Origin: Candidatus Scalinduaceae bacterium
GTDB lineage: Bacteria > Planctomycetota > Brocadiia > Brocadiales > Scalinduaceae
NCBI GenBank assembly: GCA_046759445.1
Contig: JBHICG010000058.1
Coordinates: forward strand, 1-22,778
Length of the DNA stretch: 22,778 nt
Direction: 5' to 3'
This document shows, one piece after another, positions 8,863 to 17,729 of this stretch. The notes below the pieces were generated by a model, which saw only the letters and a program-made list of their open reading frames with translations, ran no database searches and was not told the DNA's origin. The position numbers and the translations under genes were made by a program. Positions within the stretch are counted from its first letter, which is position 1; each line of letters begins with the position of its first letter.

Positions 8863-9168
8863 TGTCATTCTGAGGGAGTATTCGACCGAAGAATCTATTA
8901 CAACAAGGTCAAGATTCTTCACTTTCAGACTGTGTCGCAATTGTCATCCCGCCCCCATTCCTAGCTTACGCAAGGAAGCTATGGGGGTTGGGATCTCTTA
9001 GGTTGCTAAATTATTGAAATTATTAGATTCTGAAGCAAGTTCAAGAGTGATTCTGCCTGTCCTTCTAACAGGTTTAGAATCACCTAAGCAATTCTGCTGT
9101 TGCGAAATTGCCAATGACATATTATGTGTTTTCTCTATTGTGACACAGTCTGTTTGCTCAGAGTGACA
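8863..9168. repeat. Nested repeat: GTCATTCTGAG...GAAGAATCT/AGATTCTTC...CTCAGAGTGAC REP interrupted by a MITE
   Basis: Outer REP arms at 8863-8925 and 9153-9168 around the 8926-9152 element. Confidence 0.75.
8926..9152 (+). mobile_element. MITE with (C)AGACTGTGTCRCAAT ends (IS1182-like end sequence), copy A
   Basis: 15/16 inverted repeat at 8926-8941 and 9137-9152; interior homologous to 16966-17133 and, reversed, to 13337-13446. Confidence 0.78.
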
Positions 9169-9246
9169 CTCTCAAATCCTCACTAAAGCTATTGTTTAAT
9201 CGTATTTTGTTTCATTAAGCAAGTTAAAGTCAAATCACAAAAAGTC

Positions 9247-9281
9247 GTTTAAATAATCAACATAGTGTTTAAATAATCAAC
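9247..9281. promoter_or_regulatory. Tandem putative enhancer-binding sites, copy 2
   Basis: GTTTAAATAATCAAC-ATAGT-GTTTAAATAATCAAC, perfect 15-mer direct repeat with 20-bp period. Confidence 0.55.
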
Positions 9282-9376
9282 AAATTCGCCACAACTGGTT
9301 TTTTTAAGTTGGTACATTTAATATCCAAAGGTAATTTAATAGTTTCAAATTATTATCTGCTGCAGAAACACTATAA

Positions 9377-9446
9377 TGTCACCCTGAACTTGTTTCAGGA
9401 TTGATATATATAGACTCTGAAATCGGATATCCTCTCACAAATGACA
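9377..9446. repeat. Degenerate GTCA..CTGAA..TTCAG REP
   Basis: TGTCACCCTGAACTTGTTTCAGG...GACTCTGAAA...AATGACA. Confidence 0.6.
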
Positions 9447-9514
9447 TACACAGGGAAATATTTTCTTAATCACTCCGCTGTCAATAGCATTCGTAAAATA
9501 GGAAGTAAAAAAAC

Positions 9515-9560
9515 AATACCTCTTTAATCCCCATTTATTAAAGGGGGAAATAGGGGGATT
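9515..9560. repeat. C-run/G-run palindromic repeat
   Basis: AATACCTCTTTAATCCCCATTTATTAAAGGGGGAAATAGGGGGATT, same family as 3395 and 3814. Confidence 0.8.
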
Positions 9561-9598
9561 TGAAATTCCAGACAGCAAATTGTCTTCATGTACAAATT

Positions 9599-9659
9599 TG
9601 GCAACTATTTTGCTCAGGTTTTAAATTGCGACTAAAGTATTAAGTATCTGATCCGATAA
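9599..9659 (+). promoter_or_regulatory. Tandem sigma54 and sigma28 promoter, copy 2
   Basis: TGGCAACTATTTTGCT at 9599-9614; TAAA-N15-TCCGATAA at 9633-9659. Confidence 0.72.
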
Positions 9660-9850
9660 AGAATAAAAATATCAGTTAAATGTCTTGAGATTTTTTAATA
9701 TTTAAGGTGAAGGAGTCGATAGGCGAAAAATGATGTAAAATATGCGAAAAAAGTGAAAGTTTATAGTTAAATCACAAATAAGTTGATTGAAATGGCTCAT
9801 ATTTAGGCTGTGGGCCGCCTTGTCGTGCAGGAAACATGACCTGTAAGTTG

Positions 9851-9902
9851 AAGGCGCAATCGAGACGTTCTCTAAACGTAATTCGATTGCGCCTTTTTTT
9901 TT
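9851..9902 (+). terminator. Intrinsic terminator/attenuator in the leader of the HTH-MCP unit
   Basis: AAGGCGCAATCGA...TCGATTGCGCCTT 13-bp stem followed by a T-tract. Confidence 0.75.
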
Positions 9903-9925
9903 GAAAAAAGAAAGAATTTGTTGCT

Positions 9926-10453
9926 ATGAAACAAGTTAAAAATCAAGAAGGAGAGACACTTATCGCTACTATTAGGGACGAATTATCTAAGACTCCTGAA
10001 GGTCGATACTACCATCGGCTACATGTTGTTCTCCAATATATTCAAGGTAATAGTTCTAACGAGATTGCTCGATTCTATGGTCATTCGCCGAGAACTATTC
10101 AGTATTGGATTTGCAAATTTCTCTCCTGTGGCTGTGAAAATCTATGGGAGGGAAAACGTTCTGGACGCCCGGGGCATCTCTCCATGTCCATGCGAAGAAA
10201 GTTGCAACACGAAATAAGACGTTCTCTAAGAGAATTTGGTTATGAGCAGGATTCGTGGAATGGTCCGTTACTATCCGAACATCTTAAAGAACGTTATGCG
10301 GTTACACTCAGCATCAGACAATGCCAGAGACTTTTACGTCAACTAGGGTTATGTTTGCGGAGACCTCGCTTATTGGATACTGCAGGTTTAAGAGTACAGG
10401 AATCTTTTTTTTACAAACCTTTGCTACGAAAAAGAAGCCCCCCCCTTAAATAG
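9926..10453 (+). CDS. Stand-alone IS630 OrfA-type helix-turn-helix/winged-helix protein without a DDE domain
   Basis: EIARFYGHSPRTIQYW, RSGRPG, WNGPLLSEHL, LSIRQCQRLLRQLGLCLRRPR match IS630 N-terminal DNA-binding regions; next gene starts 78 nt later. Confidence 0.75.
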   Translation: MKQVKNQEGETLIATIRDELSKTPEGRYYHRLHVVLQYIQGNSSNEIARFYGHSPRTIQYWICKFLSCGCENLWEGKRSGRPGHLSMSMRRKLQHEIRRSLREFGYEQDSWNGPLLSEHLKERYAVTLSIRQCQRLLRQLGLCLRRPRLLDTAGLRVQESFFYKPLLRKRSPPLK

Positions 10454-10530
10454 ATATGAAGATCATATAAACTAAATGGCAGTTGTGTCTTATATTTTTT
10501 TAACTTTAGGTATAGAAAGGAGATTGTATT

Positions 10531-12486
10531 ATGAGGACCATACAGTCTAAATTATTAGTAATATTCGGTGTGTTTCTGGCATTAGGTGTAGCAGGTATAG
10601 TTATTGTTTTACTGAATAGCCAGCAGGATGACGGAGTGGTGATTAATCTTGCCGGAAAACAGCGAATGCTTACCCAGAAGATGTCAAAGGAAGCGCTTAC
10701 CCTGAGCCAGGGCATTGGTTCGAAAGAATCTACGAAACAAACCATCGACTTATTCGACAAGACATTAAATGGTCTGATCTCAGGTGACGAAGGACTTAAG
10801 CTCCCACCGACACAAAACGCAGAGATACTCAGTCAACTTAATCATGTCCAGAACCTGTGGAAAGACCTTCGTGCCAACCTGGACGTCGTAATCGATAATT
10901 CCGATGAAACGGTTGCGGCTTTGTCTTACATAAATGACAATAATCTGGAACTCCTGAAACAGATGAATGAAGCCGTAGTTATGTTAGAGAAGAAGTCATT
11001 CGATGCCAAGACAATTAATCTAGCGGGTAAACAGAGGATGCTTTCACAGAAGATGGTAAAGGAGACCCTGAATCTTGTCCAGGGAAGTGGATCAAGTGAT
11101 ACTCTCAAAAGCACATCCGGTCTCTTCGATAAGACCCTTAACGGACTGATTAAGGGTGATAGCGAGCAGGGTTTGTCTGAGATGCAGGATGATGCAATAC
11201 TTGCAAAACTGCTGAATGTGCAAAAATTATGGGACAGTTTTTATAAAAACATAAACGTGGTATTAACGCTTGCTCCTGAGACGAACAGCGCCCTGGCATA
11301 CATAAACGGAAATAATGTAAAAGCGTTAAAAGAGATGAATAAGGCCGTGGTAATGTATGAAGGACAGTCTACGAAAAAAGCTGGTACACTTCGTTGGGCA
11401 AATACGACTGTCGTAATAATAACCGTCATAACAGTAGTGGCAGCATGGCTTTTGATAGTGCAGCCTCTCATAAAGACACTTACAGGTATAATTAATAGTA
11501 TGTCGGAGGGTGCTAATCAGGTTACATCCGCATCAGGCCAGATATCATCCTCAAGCCAGAACCTTGCGGAGGGAGCGTCAGAGCAGGCATCCTCTATCGA
11601 GGAGACGTCTGCATCTATGGAACAAATGGCGTCTGTGACGAAACAAAATGCCCTTAACGCTGAGGAGGCAGCTAAACTGGTAGATATGTGTAGTGTCGCT
11701 GCGGAGAATGGAAACAAGGCAGTTGGAGAAATGAATCATTCAATGGAAGAGATAAACGCGAGCAATAAGAAGATTGCAGAGATAACGAAGGTAATAGACG
11801 GTATAGCGTTTCAGACCAATCTTCTGGCGCTTAATGCGGCAGTAGAGGCAGCCCGTGCGGGTGAGCATGGAAAGGGATTTGCTGTGGTGGCAGAAGAGGT
11901 GCGTAATTTAGCGCAGAGGAGCGCGACTGCGGCAAAAGACACGACCTCCCTGATAGACGATTGTTTAAACAAGGCGGAAGATGGAGCCAGGCTTGCAGGC
12001 AAGTGTAAAGAATCGCTTGGGGATATTGTCAAGAACGTACGGAAGGCCACAGACCTGACAAAGGAGATAACGAGCGCATCCGGAGAGCAATCTGAGGGGA
12101 TAAGTCAGGTGAACAATGCAGTGCAGCAGATGGATCAGGTTACACAGCAGAATGCGGCAGCAGCGGAAGAGACGGCATCGGCAAGTGAAGAACTCTCAGC
12201 ACAGGCACAAACCCTTATGGGACAGGTAAGGATACTATCGGCACAGGTTGGCAGTGAAGTTAATGAAGTCTCCAGCACGAGTGGCAAATCGTTGTCGAAA
12301 CGTAAGACGGGCCATCATGCCAACCCTGCGGTAACTGGATCACAGTCTATTGGCAAGACACGTAAAGACGTAAATGATGATGGAAATGGTTCTGGAGACA
12401 TCGTTTGTAAAGAGGAAGAGAAAGCATTAATTCCAATGGGTGAAGGTTCAGTCCAGGAACATGATGAAAGATTCAAGGATTTTTAA
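10531..12486 (+). CDS. Methyl-accepting chemotaxis protein with two PilJ/NarX-like sensor domains
   Basis: Two TM segments; [13 protein letters not shown] and [48 protein letters not shown]-terminal RFKDF. Confidence 0.93.
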   Translation: MRTIQSKLLVIFGVFLALGVAGIVIVLLNSQQDDGVVINLAGKQRMLTQKMSKEALTLSQGIGSKESTKQTIDLFDKTLNGLISGDEGLKLPPTQNAEILSQLNHVQNLWKDLRANLDVVIDNSDETVAALSYINDNNLELLKQMNEAVVMLEKKSFDAKTINLAGKQRMLSQKMVKETLNLVQGSGSSDTLKSTSGLFDKTLNGLIKGDSEQGLSEMQDDAILAKLLNVQKLWDSFYKNINVVLTLAPETNSALAYINGNNVKALKEMNKAVVMYEGQSTKKAGTLRWANTTVVIITVITVVAAWLLIVQPLIKTLTGIINSMSEGANQVTSASGQISSSSQNLAEGASEQASSIEETSASMEQMASVTKQNALNAEEAAKLVDMCSVAAENGNKAVGEMNHSMEEINASNKKIAEITKVIDGIAFQTNLLALNAAVEAARAGEHGKGFAVVAEEVRNLAQRSATAAKDTTSLIDDCLNKAEDGARLAGKCKESLGDIVKNVRKATDLTKEITSASGEQSEGISQVNNAVQQMDQVTQQNAAAAEETASASEELSAQAQTLMGQVRILSAQVGSEVNEVSSTSGKSLSKRKTGHHANPAVTGSQSIGKTRKDVNDDGNGSGDIVCKEEEKALIPMGEGSVQEHDERFKDF

Positions 12487-12526
12487 AAATAATCAAGTTG
12501 ATAGTCAAAAAGTCAATGCACTCGTT

Positions 12527-12628
12527 CCGTTAGATAGAGAGCTTATATAACATATTGAGTACCTTCTGGCTTTCATCAATTATGGCTTAATAAGTATCTC
12601 ACTTGCTAAGAAATTATTTATCTAACGG
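12527..12628. repeat. Small element with CCGTTAGATA/TATCTAACGG inverted ends
   Basis: 10-bp inverted repeat at 12527-12536 and 12619-12628; absent from the paralogous spacer. Confidence 0.55.
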
Positions 12629-12728
12629 GGTAAGCTGTCATTAAGTCAATAACGGCTAACAAGATCAGCAGAATGACGGCGAAGCCATTTTGTGGCATTG
12701 CCTTTTACTATAAGGAAGGAGGAATAAT

Positions 12729-13211
12729 ATGGAAGCAGTAGCGACAAAAAATGTTGTTGATGAGGGAAAGTATCTGACCTTTGTATTGAGTAAAGAGGAA
12801 TACGGTATTGAAATACTCAAGGTTAGAGAAATCATAGGTCTTATGGATATTACGACAGTGCCTCAGACTCCCGACTATATGAAGGGGGTTATTAACCTGA
12901 GGGGTAAGGTCATACCCGTAATAGACCAGAGACTGAAGTTTTCTATGGAAGAGGCTGAATACACACAGGAGACGTGTGTGATAGTGGTGGAGGTTAGTAA
13001 GTCACTTATAGGAATTATAGTTGATAATGTTTCAGAGGTGCTGAACATTAAGGGTGAAGAGATAGAGGAAGCGCCGCAATTTGGGCAGGAGATAGACACG
13101 AGTTTTATCATGGGTCTGGGCAAGACAAAGGGCAAGATAATAATACTCCTTGATATTGAGAAGGTGCTATCGTCTGAAGAGCTGAAAATGGTTGAACAGA
13201 TAGCGGCATAA
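12729..13211 (+). CDS. cheW: Chemotaxis coupling protein CheW, copy 1
   Basis: YLTFVL, YGIEILKVREII, GVINLRGKVIPVID, IGIIVDNVSEV; strong RBS. Confidence 0.95.
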   Translation: MEAVATKNVVDEGKYLTFVLSKEEYGIEILKVREIIGLMDITTVPQTPDYMKGVINLRGKVIPVIDQRLKFSMEEAEYTQETCVIVVEVSKSLIGIIVDNVSEVLNIKGEEIEEAPQFGQEIDTSFIMGLGKTKGKIIILLDIEKVLSSEELKMVEQIAA

Positions 13212-13319
13212 TTGAGGGATTATGGAATTAAAGGATTAATGAATTGTGCTATTAATTCTTGAATCCCCGAACCGTTGGGACATATATATTAGTTGCATTA
13301 TGAAAGGTTGTCTGAGAAT

Positions 13320-13575
13320 TGTCATTCCGGACTTGGAGACTGTGTCACAATTGTGAAAACACGTAATATGTCATTGGCAATTCTGCAACAGCAGAATTGC
13401 TTAGGTGATTATGCCTGTCCTTCGGACAGGTGAGTAGAATCACACCTGAACCAGGTCCTGAATAATGTCATGCTGAACCCCGAAAGTGTCATTCTGAATC
13501 CTGTGCTGAACTCGTTTCAGTATTGGTTCAGAATCTCTTCGGGGCAGGTTTATTTCAGTATCTCTTTCAGGATCT
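13320..13575. repeat. Multi-level nested REP/MITE cluster
   Basis: GTCATTCCGG REP start, AGACTGTGTCACAAT end (13337), double-hairpin insert (13376-13446), then several GTCAT.CTGAA openings and three TTCAG.ATCT closings. Confidence 0.75.
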
Positions 13576-13661
13576 ACAATTTAAGCAGGAAAGGAGTTAA
13601 AAAATGCGATGTTTGGAGATTTTGTTATATTAATTAATTAATATTTTATTACAGAAAACAT

Positions 13662-13684
13662 GTAAGGTGGGTAACCTGCCCGCC
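13662..13684 (+). repeat. Degenerate GTAG-family REP
   Basis: GTAAGGTGGGTAACCTGCCCGCC, a GTAR foot plus GC-rich hairpin. Confidence 0.5.
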
Positions 13685-13710
13685 GTATGAGCTAAAGGGA
13701 GGTATTAAAG

Positions 13711-16104
13711 ATGAAGATAGGAATGGGTACAAAGGTGATTGCGTTGTTTTTAATAGGGGGTATAGTGCCTTTTGCAATAACTGGGGTTGTTAGTTACAGG
13801 GCGGCAAGCACGTCACTAAAAGAACAGTCCTTTAACCAACTGGTTTCCGTGAGGGAAACAAAAAAGAAGCAGATAGAGGACTATTTCTCTACCATTAGAA
13901 AGCAGGTTCGAACCTTTTCAGAAAACAGAATGATTGTAGACGCAATGAAGGAATTCAAGGTTGCCTTTAAAGATTTCCAAAAGGAAAATAATATAGCTGA
14001 TTCTCAGTTAGGAGAATATCGTACAGCCTTAAGGACTTACTATACAGGTGATTTTACAGGAGAATACAAACGACAAAATAATGGGAAATCACCTGGTGCA
14101 GTCAATTATTTCAATCAGCTTGATGACGATTCCATAGCGCTACAGTATACGTATATAAAAGCAAACCATAATCCACTTGGAGAAAAACACAATCTAGATT
14201 ATGCAGATGATAAGTCCACATATAGCAGTCTCCATGCCAAATACCATCCAGTTATCAGAGATTATCTGGAACAGTTTGGATATTATGACATATTTCTTGT
14301 AGACCCTGACAGTGGAGACATTGTCTATACGGTTTTCAAGGAGTTAGATTTCTCTACCTCTCTAAAGGATGGGCCTTATGCCGGAACTAATTTTGGAAGA
14401 GTCTTACAGGAAGTAAATAATAGTAACGATCCAAACTATGTAAAGCTAGTAGACTTCGAACCCTATGCACCATCATACGAGGGAGCTGCCAGCTTTATAG
14501 CATCACCTATATTTGATGGTTCTGAAAAGGTAGGCGTTCTGATATTTCAGATGCCTATAGATAAGATTAATTTGGTTATGACCTCTAATAACGATTGGAA
14601 GAATGTGGGACTGGGCGAATCAGGAGAGACGTATATTATTGGCAGTGATTTTACTATGAGGAGCCAATCACGTTTCCTTATAGAGGATAAAGAAGGCTAT
14701 TATACACAGATGAGAGGATTAGGTATTAATCAGAGCTTGTTAGATAATATTGATGCAAAAGATAGTACCATACTTTTACAGAAGGTTGAAACCAAGGGAA
14801 CACGGGCAGCTATTTCGGGCAAGACCAATGTAGAGATCTTTCCGGATTATCGCAAAGTTCCAGTCCTTAGCGCTTATGCACCTCTGGATATTGAAGACGT
14901 AGAGTGGGCTATCATGGCAGAGATAGACGAGGAGGAGATACTTCGTCCGGTCAATGCATTGGCGGAGTGGATATTTAAGATTGCAGGGGCAATGATAGGG
15001 CTTATTGTAGGATTGGCTTATTTGGTTATCAAGATTACGGGAAAGGTGACTGATGTTATCAAGAGGATGATTGTCAATCTAACGGAATGTTCTGCTCAAA
15101 TTGCATCTGCGTCTGAACAGGTATCAAACTCAAGCCAGAGCCTTGCTCAAGGGTCTTCAGAGCAGGCATCCTCTATAGAGGAGACGTCCGCATCGATGGA
15201 ACAAATGGCATCGGTGACGAAACAAAATGCCCTTAACGCTGAGGAGGCAGCCAAACTGGTAGAAATGTGTAGCGCTTCTGCAGAGAGTGGTAACAAGGCA
15301 GTCGGAGAAATGAACCATTCGATGGAAGAGATAAACGCGAGCAGTAAGAAGATTGCGGAGATTACGAAGGTAATAGACGGTATAGCATTTCAGACCAATC
15401 TTCTGGCGCTCAATGCGGCGGTTGAGGCAGCCCGTGCAGGTGAGCATGGGAAGGGATTTGCAGTGGTGGCAGAAGAGGTGCGCAATTTAGCGCAGAGGAG
15501 CGCGACTGCGGCAAAAGACACTACATCCCTGATAGACGAATGTGTTAACAAGGCAGAAGATGGAGCCAAGCTTGCAGGCAAGTGTAAAGAAGCGCTTGGG
15601 GATATTGTCAAGAACGTCAGAAAGGCGACAGACCTGACAGGGGAGATAACGAGCGCATCCGGAGAGCAATCTGAGGGGATAAGTCAGGTGAACAATGCAG
15701 TGCAGCAGATGGATCAGATTACTCAACAGAATGCGGCCAGCGCTGAAGAGACTGCATCGGCAAGTGAAGAAATGTCAGCCCAGACACAAACCCTTATGGA
15801 ACAGGTTAATACTCTATCAACGCTGGTTGGTAGCGGAGGCAATGGAGAATCGCAAACTAATAGCGAAAAAACCAAAAGAAATGATCCCCATATTTCCCCC
15901 ATTAATCGCCCTAATTCCCCCTTTATCAAAGGGGGACAAAGGGGGATTGAGAAGTCACCCAGACGAAAGGCCAAGTCAGATAATGCTGATGGTAATCGGG
16001 ATGTCATAGAAAATGCTTTAAATAAGAAGAAAGAGGCGGATGCCCTGATCCCAATGGGAGAAGGTTCAGTCCAGGAACATGATAAGAGATTTAGTGATTT
16101 TTAA
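13711..16104 (+). CDS. Methyl-accepting chemotaxis protein with a large Cache-type periplasmic domain
   Basis: Two TM segments, [37 protein letters not shown] signalling domain; C-terminal RFSDF. Confidence 0.93.
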   Translation: MKIGMGTKVIALFLIGGIVPFAITGVVSYRAASTSLKEQSFNQLVSVRETKKKQIEDYFSTIRKQVRTFSENRMIVDAMKEFKVAFKDFQKENNIADSQLGEYRTALRTYYTGDFTGEYKRQNNGKSPGAVNYFNQLDDDSIALQYTYIKANHNPLGEKHNLDYADDKSTYSSLHAKYHPVIRDYLEQFGYYDIFLVDPDSGDIVYTVFKELDFSTSLKDGPYAGTNFGRVLQEVNNSNDPNYVKLVDFEPYAPSYEGAASFIASPIFDGSEKVGVLIFQMPIDKINLVMTSNNDWKNVGLGESGETYIIGSDFTMRSQSRFLIEDKEGYYTQMRGLGINQSLLDNIDAKDSTILLQKVETKGTRAAISGKTNVEIFPDYRKVPVLSAYAPLDIEDVEWAIMAEIDEEEILRPVNALAEWIFKIAGAMIGLIVGLAYLVIKITGKVTDVIKRMIVNLTECSAQIASASEQVSNSSQSLAQGSSEQASSIEETSASMEQMASVTKQNALNAEEAAKLVEMCSASAESGNKAVGEMNHSMEEINASSKKIAEITKVIDGIAFQTNLLALNAAVEAARAGEHGKGFAVVAEEVRNLAQRSATAAKDTTSLIDECVNKAEDGAKLAGKCKEALGDIVKNVRKATDLTGEITSASGEQSEGISQVNNAVQQMDQITQQNAASAEETASASEEMSAQTQTLMEQVNTLSTLVGSGGNGESQTNSEKTKRNDPHISPINRPNSPFIKGGQRGIEKSPRRKAKSDNADGNRDVIENALNKKKEADALIPMGEGSVQEHDKRFSDF
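15904..15948. repeat. C-run/G-run palindromic repeat inside the MCP2 coding sequence
   Basis: AATCGCCCTAATTCCCCCTTTATCAAAGGGGGACAAAGGGGGATT translated as [15 protein letters not shown]. Confidence 0.82.
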
Positions 16105-16143
16105 GAATAATCAAGTTGATAGTCAAAAAGTCAATGACGATAC

Positions 16144-16306
16144 GGGGTCAGCCCTTGAATATTGACAAATATGGTTTTACAGGATAAGGCAAAATATGAA
16201 AGGCATTATGAATATAATATGAAGAGGCCGTTTATCATTAATAACAAATTATTAAGATAAATGGAAATTGTAATAACAGAGTTGTCAATATTCAAGGGCT
16301 GACCCC
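16144..16306 (+). mobile_element. 163-bp MITE derived from a TIR-bounded HUH transposase element
   Basis: Perfect 25-bp IR GGGGTCAGCCCTTGAATATTGACAA; interior retains decayed transposase N-terminus (..YEEAVYH) and C-terminus (..ELSIFKG* with TGA inside the TIR). Confidence 0.85.
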
Positions 16307-16343
16307 TCCAGCTCTTACACCTTTAAAGGAAGGGGGTAATAGT

Positions 16344-16841
16344 ATGGAAGCAGTAGCGACAAAAAATGTTGTTGATGAGGGAAAGTTTCTGACATTTGTT
16401 TTAAGTAAAGAGGAATACGGTATCGAGATACTCAAGGTTAGAGAAATCATAGGTCTTATGGATATTACGACCGTACCTCAGACTCCCGACTATATGAAAG
16501 GAATCATCAACCTCAGGGGAAAGGTTATACCCGTAATTGATCTGAGGTTAAAGTTTTCGATGCCCGAAGAGGAACAAACTCAGGAAACATGCGTAATTGT
16601 GGTTGAGGTAGGGGCGTATAGCAATACGCCCCAACAGATAGGAATTATAGTTGATAATGTTTCAGAAGTGCTGAACATTAAGGGTGAAGAGATAGAAGAA
16701 GCGCCGCATTTCGGGCAGGAGATAGATACGAGTTTTATTATGGGCTTGGGCAAGGCAAAGGAAAAGATAATAATACTGCTTGATATTGAGAAGGTATTAT
16801 CATCAGAAGAGCTGGAAATGGTTAAACAGATAGCTGCATAA
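16344..16841 (+). CDS. cheW: Chemotaxis coupling protein CheW, copy 2
   Basis: Close paralog of 12729-13211 with a 5-aa net insertion. Confidence 0.95.
   Translation: MEAVATKNVVDEGKFLTFVLSKEEYGIEILKVREIIGLMDITTVPQTPDYMKGIINLRGKVIPVIDLRLKFSMPEEEQTQETCVIVVEVGAYSNTPQQIGIIVDNVSEVLNIKGEEIEEAPHFGQEIDTSFIMGLGKAKEKIIILLDIEKVLSSEELEMVKQIAA
16608..16635 (+). repeat. GTAG-family REP inside cheW2
   Basis: GTAGGGGCGTATAGCAATACGCCCCAAC palindrome translated as VGAYSNTPQ. Confidence 0.85.
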
Positions 16842-16965
16842 TTGAGGGATTATGGAATTAAAGGATTAATGAATTGTGCTATTAATTCTTGAATCCCCGA
16901 ACCGTTGGGACATATATATTAGTTGCATTATGAAAGGTTGTCTGAGAATTGTCATTCCGGACTTG

Positions 16966-17133
16966 GAGACTGTGTCACAATGTCATCCCGCCCACATTCC
17001 TAGCTTACGCAAGGAAGCTATGGGGGTCGGGATCTCTAAGGTTGCTTAGTTATTGAAATTATTAGATTCTGAAAACAAGTCCAGAATGACAGAATGCCCA
17101 TATTATGTGTTTTCTCTATTGTGGCACAGCCTC
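16966..17133 (+). mobile_element. MITE with AGACTGTGTCACAAT-type ends, copy B, lacking the double-hairpin insert
   Basis: Ends GAGACTGTGTCACAAT and ATTGTGGCACAGCCTC; interior aligns with 8926-9152. Confidence 0.78.
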
Positions 17134-17207
17134 CTAGGGAAGGGGAAGTTAAGTCCTGCCAGTTTTCTATATCGTAATGTCAGTCGAATCAGAAAGGAGT
17201 TATTAAG

Positions 17208-17597
17208 ATGGCTATTAAGAAAAATATTATTAAGGACTATAGCAAGGAAGAATTTATACTGGTGCTTGCTAATACGGTGACGGCTTTAACTTCATCTTCT
17301 GGAGATATTCTAAAGGCGTCAGAAGCTATTTTACGTTCATGTAATGCGCCGGGTACTAAAGGGGACGTCAATAAGGACCTAATTCTTACCAAGGCCCACA
17401 ACCTTAAAAAGTTAGCCGCATTATATATTTCAGCGGCGAAGAAATTGATGGGTGCCATAAATAAGTTGGTACATAATGTTTCTCGTGATGAGGCGTTGGC
17501 GGATGTGCTCGTTTACGGTCAATTTCTTAACGACCAATTAAAATGCGAAGAACGTGATGCTCATCGTGTTCTCAGAAAACTTAATGAAGATCGTTAA
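17208..17597 (+). CDS. Hypothetical alpha-helical protein
   Basis: 129-aa ORF with AAAGGAG RBS; no family recognised. Confidence 0.65.
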   Translation: MAIKKNIIKDYSKEEFILVLANTVTALTSSSGDILKASEAILRSCNAPGTKGDVNKDLILTKAHNLKKLAALYISAAKKLMGAINKLVHNVSRDEALADVLVYGQFLNDQLKCEERDAHRVLRKLNEDR

Positions 17598-17729
17598 GGT
17601 GGCTCATAGATGCTTAAAATCTATCACTAACCGCTAGATAATATAGTTTTCGTGCGTAAGGCTAACCTGCAGAGAATATAAGTAAAATAAAAACAAGTGT
17701 TATGTCCTTTAAATGAGTGGAAAAATGAA

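Noticed and set aside
9780..9902. c-di-GMP riboswitch upstream of the chemotaxis genes
   Set aside because: Class I and II consensus cores not recognisable; kept only as an unknown leader
13604..13636. 10-aa ORF MRCLEILLYY behind AAAGGAG
   Set aside because: Too short to support; RBS resembles that at 17193 and may be a duplication remnant
8863..17133. CRISPR array or integron attC array
   Set aside because: Repeats are dispersed and nested, not regularly spaced; no cas or integrase gene in the window
17053..17280. 75-aa ORF from the track
   Set aside because: Reads through MITE/REP sequence and overlaps the RBS-supported 17208 ORF
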